Assembly (NCBI GenBank): GCA_015494465.1
Contig: WGBD01000007.1
Span: forward strand, 3,009-67,008
From: Candidatus Omnitrophota bacterium
GTDB lineage: Bacteria > Omnitrophota > Gorgyraeia > S143-82
DNA: 64,000 nt
Direction: 5' to 3'
Below, piece by piece: positions 58,035 through 64,000 of this stretch. How positions within the stretch are numbered: the first letter of the stretch is position 1; every line of letters begins with the position of its first letter. Below the pieces are notes generated by a model. It was given only the letters and a program-made list of their open reading frames with translations, made no database searches and was not told the DNA's origin. Both the position numbers and the translations under genes were made by a program.

Positions 58035-58563
58035 AAAACGACTCGACGACACCCTCCCAGAGTCCCTTTGCCTTCAACACCAGCTCTGCGATCTCCCGAA
58101 CCGCCCCTGCTCCACCCCTTCTCTTAGTCACATACGAGGCCACCGACTTGACCTCCTCGCAGGCGTTAGCCACCGCTATAGGCAGACCACATACGCGCAT
58201 AGGCCTTATGTCCACCAGGTCGTCCCCTACGAATCCGATCCTCTCCAGAGGGATCTGCAACTCCTCGCTCAACCTTTCTAAGGCCAATCTCTTGTTGTCC
58301 ACATGCTCCAGGACTATCTCCACCCCGCAATCCTGGGCCCGGCGAGATATGGTCCGAGACCCCTTTGCGCTCATAAAGGCCACCTTGATCCCACACCGCA
58401 CCAAAAGGGACAAACCCAGTCCGTCCTGTACATCGAAAGACTTGGTATCCTCACCGCTGGAGCTGTAGACGATCTTCCCGTCGGTCAACACCCCGTCCAC
58501 ATCGAAGACCATTAGATCGACTCGCTTGAACGCGTCAATCGGATAACTTACGATCCCATCCAT
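58027..58563 (-). CDS. kdsC: KDO 8-phosphate phosphatase (HAD)
   Basis: DVDGVLTDG, F.VQDG.G, GDDLVD, GG.GAVRE. Confidence 0.92.
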   Translation of the reverse strand: MDGIVSYPIDAFKRVDLMVFDVDGVLTDGKIVYSSSGEDTKSFDVQDGLGLSLLVRCGIKVAFMSAKGSRTISRRAQDCGVEIVLEHVDNKRLALERLSEELQIPLERIGFVGDDLVDIRPMRVCGLPIAVANACEEVKSVASYVTKRRGGAGAVREIAELVLKAKGLWEGVVESFYV

Positions 58564-59420
58564 AGCGTCTGTTCCTTTCTGGTCATCCTAGACCTCTTCC
58601 TCTCCAACACCTGCTTTATAAGGCGAACTGCCTCCGCAACATTGACGGACTCTGATTGGAAGATGTGATTGTCCTCACCCCAGAGTCGGTAACGCCAGCT
58701 CTCCTCTGCACTCCCTACCAGTCCGATCGAACCGTTCCTAAGGTAGGCGGATATCGCGACCTGCTCCACATCCGTACCAAGCACTACCTCCGCCCTGGCC
58801 AGAAGGGCTACCGCGTAACGGAAGTTCTTATTGAAGGAGATGCTCAAGGACCTGGAACGATAGAGATTGGATAGCATCTCCGCAATGGTTCCGTCGTCGT
58901 TAGAAGAGATCAGCACGAACCTCCGCTCGTAATCCACTAGCCTGTGTACCAGATCTGCAAAGCGGTATACGCTCCAATCTCCCCTCAGCTGAGATACATC
59001 TACCGCCAACACGATGTAACCATCCCCGGCCAACTCGCTGATTATCGACATGTAATCGTACTCTTCCCCGGAGAACCATATGCTCTCTCTGGGGAAGTCC
59101 CCAGAGAGAAAGTACTCAAGGGCAGACTCCCTTACTAACCCCCTCGCGGCGGAAAGGGCCATTGCGTACAACGGCCTCCTATTCCTAAAACCCTTGCGCA
59201 AGGCCCGAGAAAGATCCAGGTGTACACAACGATGCCCTGAGGGATTACAGTCGCTCACCCTCACGAATGGGTTGTCCTTCAACAGCAACTTGATGTGTCT
59301 TCCCGGAGCGCATACAGAGATCTCCCGAGACGGATCGTCTGTGAGCAAGAGATCGATAACGGGAAGACACATAACCGCCTTTACCCGATCGTGAGGGAAC
59401 CTCAGGCAGATCCTCTCCAT
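58548..59420 (-). CDS. Degenerate GT9 (heptosyltransferase-like) protein
   Basis: LL.DNP.V, W....F..L, LLARA..VLG.D resemble GT9, but the GD and DTG motifs are altered. Tandem with waaF. Confidence 0.55.
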   Translation of the reverse strand: MERICLRFPHDRVKAVMCLPVIDLLLTDDPSREISVCAPGRHIKLLLKDNPFVRVSDCNPSGHRCVHLDLSRALRKGFRNRRPLYAMALSAARGLVRESALEYFLSGDFPRESIWFSGEEYDYMSIISELAGDGYIVLAVDVSQLRGDWSVYRFADLVHRLVDYERRFVLISSNDDGTIAEMLSNLYRSRSLSISFNKNFRYAVALLARAEVVLGTDVEQVAISAYLRNGSIGLVGSAEESWRYRLWGEDNHIFQSESVNVAEAVRLIKQVLERKRSRMTRKEQTLWMGS

Positions 59421-59422
59421 CC

Positions 59423-60478
59423 TCAATCCCCAATCCTTGCAGTTATATACCTCATCACCAGCTCTACATCCACGGACTTTATACACTTCAGATCCGCTAC
59501 GCACTCCTCTAATATACAAGGCACCTTACATCCGGAAGGGACGAATATGTTGTTATCTCTTAAGTCTCCGTACAAACCAGTTATCGTGGGCGAGGTAGGG
59601 CCGAATATCGCGTATACCCGTCTGTTCACCGCGGATGCTATGTGGACTGGTCCGGTATCGTTGCCCACCACCACCCTGGCCAGCTCGGCCAAGGCAGCGA
59701 ACTGGTTTATGGTGGTCTTGCCCGCGGAGACGAAGATTCTATCCTTGAACTTAGACATCTCCACTATCTGCTCGCAGAGGAATACATCGCCTGCCCCCCC
59801 AGACAAGACCACATCCCACCCAAGATCTCCCACTATCCTATCCGCTAGGGCAGAAAAGCGTTCCGCTGGCCAGCGCTTTCGCTCCCAGTTGGCTCCGGGC
59901 AAAAGGAGCGCAAAGTCCTTGCGAATCCCCCAATATTCCAGGAGGTGCCTTACATAATTCCTACTCTCTTCCTCCACCTTGAAATCGTAGTGATAACCGT
60001 CGGGCGGTATACCTAGACTACCAACTATGCTCAGATAGTAATCCACTCTATGCATAGAATCGTAATCCAGATCGACTGCGTGCATCCCCAACCTGGCCCG
60101 TTTACGGGTGTATTGCCCGACTATGGTAGGGATCTTGGCCATCTTTAGGATGGCAGATCGGGTAAAGGATCTGTGGAAGAGGATACCCAAGTCGAAACAG
60201 CGGTTGTACAGCTCCATCACGAAGCTGAATGTCTTGCCCAAGGCCTGGAACCACCTGCGCTCGTCGAACAACAACAACTCGTCGACATTAGGGTTGGCCC
60301 GAATGACATCCGCCACCCTGGGAACCACCCAACAGGATATGTAGGCCTCAGGAAAGGCCTTTCTAACCGCTCTTATAGCGGGAGTAGTAAACATTATGTC
60401 GCCCAACCAGTTAGGTCCCACTATCAGGATCCGATAGATCTTGTCCTTCTTCCTGGGATTGCGCTTCAGTTCAACCAT
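59423..60478 (-). CDS. waaF: LPS heptosyltransferase II (GT9)
   Basis: PNWLGD...TP, PGA....KRWP, GKT, NDTGP.HIA.A, FGPT. Confidence 0.88.
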   Translation of the reverse strand: MVELKRNPRKKDKIYRILIVGPNWLGDIMFTTPAIRAVRKAFPEAYISCWVVPRVADVIRANPNVDELLLFDERRWFQALGKTFSFVMELYNRCFDLGILFHRSFTRSAILKMAKIPTIVGQYTRKRARLGMHAVDLDYDSMHRVDYYLSIVGSLGIPPDGYHYDFKVEEESRNYVRHLLEYWGIRKDFALLLPGANWERKRWPAERFSALADRIVGDLGWDVVLSGGAGDVFLCEQIVEMSKFKDRIFVSAGKTTINQFAALAELARVVVGNDTGPVHIASAVNRRVYAIFGPTSPTITGLYGDLRDNNIFVPSGCKVPCILEECVADLKCIKSVDVELVMRYITARIGD

Positions 60479-61524
60479 AGCACCTGCCCGTCCCTGCGGA
60501 TCGCCCCTTCTATTTCCAAGAGACTAATATACGCCAAAAGCTCGGGCCTAGGAATATCCTTTAGAGAGATCAGCACCTCCTCCAGGGCCATGCGTCCTCG
60601 CTCTCGGATCAGTTCACATACGCGCAGTCTGATAGGATCCTCTTCGGTCTCGATCGGGCCTTCGGAGTCCCTCGCTCCAGTCTGCAGGCCGAGTTCCTCC
60701 ACCAACCAATCAACGGAGATCACCGGTATCGCGCCTTGGGATATTAGGCGATTGCAACCCACGGAGGTCCCGGAATCCACTGGCCCAGGGAAGGCGTAGA
60801 CATCCCTACCCTGCTCCACCGCCAGGTGGGCGGTTATCAGGGCTCCACTCCTCTCTCCTGCTTCCACGACGATCACCGCAGAGGATAGTCCCGATATGAT
60901 GCGGTTTCTTTGGGGAAAGGTATACTTTGCTGGGGAGGTGAAGGGTAGGTACTCACTCACCAATAGACCTCGCTCCATCACCTCTTGGAACAACCTCTTG
61001 TTCCCCGCGGGATAGGGCCTCGCCAGACCAGACCCCAGGACCACGACTGCCTGTCCCCCGTTCTCCAACACCGCCCTATGGACCACGGAATCTATCCCGT
61101 AGGCCCCACCACTTACCACCGCCCACCCAGAACCCGCGAGCACCCTACCCAACTTCTCTGCCATCACCTTCCCGTAGTGGCTTGGACGACGCGTGCCTAC
61201 CACCGCCAATGAGGGACGCTCCAGCAGGTCCTTCCTAGCCCCCATACAGAACAAGACCAGTGGTGGATCGGGTATCTCTCGCAGTAACTCAGGGAAATCC
61301 TGATCCCAATAGCTAACGACCTTCAAAGAAAGGGAGCGCTTTAAAAACTCCAGGTTTTTCTGGAAGAAGTCCTTCCGCTCCTCTTGGAGTTTCGTCAAGG
61401 GATCACGCACTGCCTCGTCCTCTACGAATGCCTTCAAAGAGCCTCTTTGACGGGCCAAGGCCCGCAGTCTGGAACTCGATTGGGCCAGATACAACCCCGC
61501 CAGTTCATCCACTCCTAAGGGCAC
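60466..61524 (-). CDS. dprA: DNA-processing protein DprA
   Basis: DPP.VL, VVGTR, VSGGAYGID, FPQRNRIISGLS, VEA..SGALITA, QGRDV.A.PG, C-terminal wHTH. Confidence 0.93.
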   Translation of the reverse strand: MPLGVDELAGLYLAQSSSRLRALARQRGSLKAFVEDEAVRDPLTKLQEERKDFFQKNLEFLKRSLSLKVVSYWDQDFPELLREIPDPPLVLFCMGARKDLLERPSLAVVGTRRPSHYGKVMAEKLGRVLAGSGWAVVSGGAYGIDSVVHRAVLENGGQAVVVLGSGLARPYPAGNKRLFQEVMERGLLVSEYLPFTSPAKYTFPQRNRIISGLSSAVIVVEAGERSGALITAHLAVEQGRDVYAFPGPVDSGTSVGCNRLISQGAIPVISVDWLVEELGLQTGARDSEGPIETEEDPIRLRVCELIRERGRMALEEVLISLKDIPRPELLAYISLLEIEGAIRRDGQVLWLN

Positions 61525-62014
61525 CCAGCACCTCCTCCGCCACCTCAGATGGTCCCTTGCCGTCGGTATCCACTACCAGGTGAGCGGTCTCCTCGTACCA
61601 CCGTCGCCTCTTCTCCATCAGCTCCCGGATCCTGCCCAAGGGATCGGGGACCTGGATCAACGGGCGATTCGTATCACCCTTTATCCTCTCGTAGGCCACC
61701 TCGGGAGAGGTCTTTAGGTAAACGACCCTACCGGTATCCCTCAGTATACGCCTGTTCTCTTCCTTTATTATCACCCCACCTCCGCACGAGACCACCCGCT
61801 TGGCCTCTCTAGCAACCCGCTTGAGGACCTGGGTCTCTATGTCTCTGAAGTAATTCTCCCCAAACCTAGAGAATATCTCGGGGATAGACATGCCAGCGGT
61901 CTCCACGATCACATCGTCCATGTCTACGAATCCAAATCCCAACCTCTCTGCCAGCAAGCTGCCAGTAGAGGTCTTCCCCGAACCCATAAAGCCTATCAGG
62001 TAGATCCTCTCCAT
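61505..62014 (-). CDS. aroK: Shikimate kinase
   Basis: GFMGSGKTS, D.D, GE..FR..E, CGGG, RPL. Confidence 0.94.
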   Translation of the reverse strand: MERIYLIGFMGSGKTSTGSLLAERLGFGFVDMDDVIVETAGMSIPEIFSRFGENYFRDIETQVLKRVAREAKRVVSCGGGVIIKEENRRILRDTGRVVYLKTSPEVAYERIKGDTNRPLIQVPDPLGRIRELMEKRRRWYEETAHLVVDTDGKGPSEVAEEVLGALRSG

Positions 62015-62015
62015 C

Positions 62016-63107
62016 TCACTGCCCTCCCACTACCGAGACGATCGCGTCCTCTTTAGCAGCTATAATACCCTTCTCGGTGATTAGACCGGTTACCATGTAG
62101 AAAGGCGTTACATCAAAGGCATAGTTCAGGGCAGGACTGGCCTCTGGGCAGAGCAGGACATCAACCACCTCTCCATCGTACAACCCCCGGGCGTACTTGA
62201 CCTCCTCTTCTCCTCGCACCTCGATTGGTATCTCCTTGAGCCCGTCGGAAATGGAGAGGTCAAAACTGGATGTGGGCAAGGCTACATAAAAGGGGACGCC
62301 GTTGTCTCGGGCACTCAAGGCCTTGAGGTAGGTCCCTATCTTGTTCGCCACATCTCCCCGCCTCGAGACCCTGTCCGCACCGACTATCACCAGATCCACC
62401 ATACCGTGCTGCATTAGGTGTCCACCGGTGTTGTCGGCGATGACCGTATGCGGTACGCCCTGTTGGAGGAGCTCCCAGGCTGTAAGCCTTGCCCCCTGAT
62501 TGCGAGGACGGGTCTCGTCCACCCACACATGCACTGGGATACCTCGCCTGTGGGCCTCGTATACAGGTGCAGTGGCGGTACCGTAATCCACACAGGCCAG
62601 CCACCCCGCATTGCAGTGGGTGAGGATGTTCACCGTATCCTTTTTTCTGTCGTAGATGTCTTCTATAATCCTCACGCCCTCTTCTCCTATCATCTTACAG
62701 CGCAGGAGCTCTTCTGACTTTATCCTATCCGCCTCCTCCCGCAACCGCAGGAGCCATGATTCCGCATCCCTTCCCTCTGGACCGCCCACCCGGGACAGCA
62801 TCCTCTCTACCGCCCAGCTGAGGTTGACCGCGGTGGGACGCGCAACCTTCAGGGCGGAGACCAGGGACTCGAAAACCTCTCCTGAACCTCGACTATCCCT
62901 GCCCGCCAAGTACACTCCATAGGCACCCGCTACCCCTATGAGGATCGCCCCCCTCACATGCATCTCCTTTATCGCCTTTACCATCGCATCAGCGCTGGAT
63001 ATCTCCTCAACCACGAACTTATGCGGGAGATAACGCTGATCTATTACCTCCACACTGCCCCGCTCGTTCACCCAGATAGTGTGATAGGCCTTTCCATCCA
63101 CTAACAT
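62016..63107 (-). CDS. mtnA: S-methyl-5-thioribose-1-phosphate isomerase
   Basis: DQR.LP, VRGA, RPTAVNL, THCNAGWLA, DETRPRNQG, GADR, NKIGTY, FDVTP. Confidence 0.94.
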   Translation of the reverse strand: MLVDGKAYHTIWVNERGSVEVIDQRYLPHKFVVEEISSADAMVKAIKEMHVRGAILIGVAGAYGVYLAGRDSRGSGEVFESLVSALKVARPTAVNLSWAVERMLSRVGGPEGRDAESWLLRLREEADRIKSEELLRCKMIGEEGVRIIEDIYDRKKDTVNILTHCNAGWLACVDYGTATAPVYEAHRRGIPVHVWVDETRPRNQGARLTAWELLQQGVPHTVIADNTGGHLMQHGMVDLVIVGADRVSRRGDVANKIGTYLKALSARDNGVPFYVALPTSSFDLSISDGLKEIPIEVRGEEEVKYARGLYDGEVVDVLLCPEASPALNYAFDVTPFYMVTGLITEKGIIAAKEDAIVSVVGGQ

Positions 63108-63120
63108 CTCCGTCCTCCTT

Positions 63121-64000
63121 TTAACCGAGGGCCAGGATCACCGGCATGGTGATCAAACCAAAGACATGGGTGTAAAACAAAACCTGGCTTATAAACGGCG
63201 TGTCTCCTCCGTACCTTTCTGAGATCACCACCAAGGATACCGCCGAAGGGACAGCTGACTCTAACAATGCAAACCACCTGAGTCCGGGCGAGATGTCCCA
63301 GGGCACTATCCGCAAGATCAACAAGACCACTATCGGTATTAGCACGAGCTTCGTCACCACCGCAGTCACCAAGGCCCGGTTGTCCACATTGCATCGCATG
63401 CAGTTCATCCCCAATATCCCCCCCATCACCAACATGGACAGGGGGAGAACTGGACGAGAGAGGATCTCCAAGGTATTCCAGGCAAAGGCAGGTAGAAACC
63501 TATCCCAGCCCAATCCCGCCACACATATCCCCAGCACGGTGGTGATAAATGGGAGGTTGAATACCCGAGACAGCGGAAGCCCGGATCTAGATCCGCTGAT
63601 CAAGACCACACCCAAGGACCAGACCAAGAGGTTAAAACCGACGATAAACAAGAATACCCAGACATAGAAGACCTCCGCTTGGGGTCTGGGTAGCAGGACC
63701 GAGCCCATTATCAAGGGCATGTATCCGCAGTTCTGGAAAGAGACCACTGCGGAAAAGACGCGGGGATTCCTCAATCGAAGAGCCTTGGCAATCGCCCAAG
63801 AAAGACCCAGACTACCCAAAAGCATAGCTATACCCAACACCGGGAGGCCAAGCGCCAGGGTAAAACCGACCTGAGGAAAACCACGGCAGGTATGATAGAA
63901 AATAAAGGCAGGTAGAAAGACATCCGTGAGTAGAGAACTTATACCCTTGACCAATTCGCGGTCCAACCGTCCTAAACGGGCTAACCAATAGCCAATCCCC
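63121..64000 (-). CDS. AEC (auxin efflux carrier)-family transporter, 5' end outside window
   Basis: V.LPA.IF, N.GYMP.., KLV.IP, ..A.PSA motifs. The frame stays open to the window edge (GIGYWLARLGRLDR). Confidence 0.85.
   Translation of the reverse strand, partial: GIGYWLARLGRLDRELVKGISSLLTDVFLPAFIFYHTCRGFPQVGFTLALGLPVLGIAMLLGSLGLSWAIAKALRLRNPRVFSAVVSFQNCGYMPLIMGSVLLPRPQAEVFYVWVFLFIVGFNLLVWSLGVVLISGSRSGLPLSRVFNLPFITTVLGICVAGLGWDRFLPAFAWNTLEILSRPVLPLSMLVMGGILGMNCMRCNVDNRALVTAVVTKLVLIPIVVLLILRIVPWDISPGLRWFALLESAVPSAVSLVVISERYGGDTPFISQVLFYTHVFGLITMPVILALG

Overview
A very compact, gene-dense 64-kb bacterial chromosomal segment with about 70 CDS and 5 tRNAs. Every gene is on the minus strand except pncB-pncA. 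It is mostly housekeeping: aroC/aroK/pheA, argD/argF, purA/purC, dapL, fabG-acpP-fabF, accA, leuS, recA, scpAB, nusB, ribH, folE, thyX, miaA/miaB/tsaE, tig-clpP and LPS genes (lptC/A, lptB, lptFG, kdsC, waaF). Small accessory patches include two PEP-CTERM surface proteins, a nucleotidyltransferase two-gene cassette, a perR-dpsL-ZIP block and a lone formyltransferase between tRNAs. LPS export, PEP-CTERM proteins, DapL, CdaA, ScpAB and a bifurcating-type ETF suggest an anaerobic diderm, plausibly PVC superphylum (Omnitrophota-like); this is inference only. I found no CRISPR array, integrase or transposase. The main oddities are: (1) an acyl-CoA dehydrogenase/EtfB/ferredoxin-EtfA module directly following fabG-acpP-fabF, a candidate electron-bifurcating enoyl-ACP reductase; (2) a 27-aa CdaR-like microprotein coupled to cdaA; (3) a 34-bp palindromic element present twice, each time ahead of an accessory gene; (4) a sigma54 promoter with tandem enhancer boxes before a PEP-CTERM gene; (5) tRNA-Arg(UCG) overlapping the tsaE 3' end; (6) an orphan ATPase c/K subunit coupled to aroC; (7) domain losses or fusions in Tig, MiaB and LptC-LptA. 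All protein calls come from motif recognition, not database searches. Many starts were refined by eye from the ORF track.
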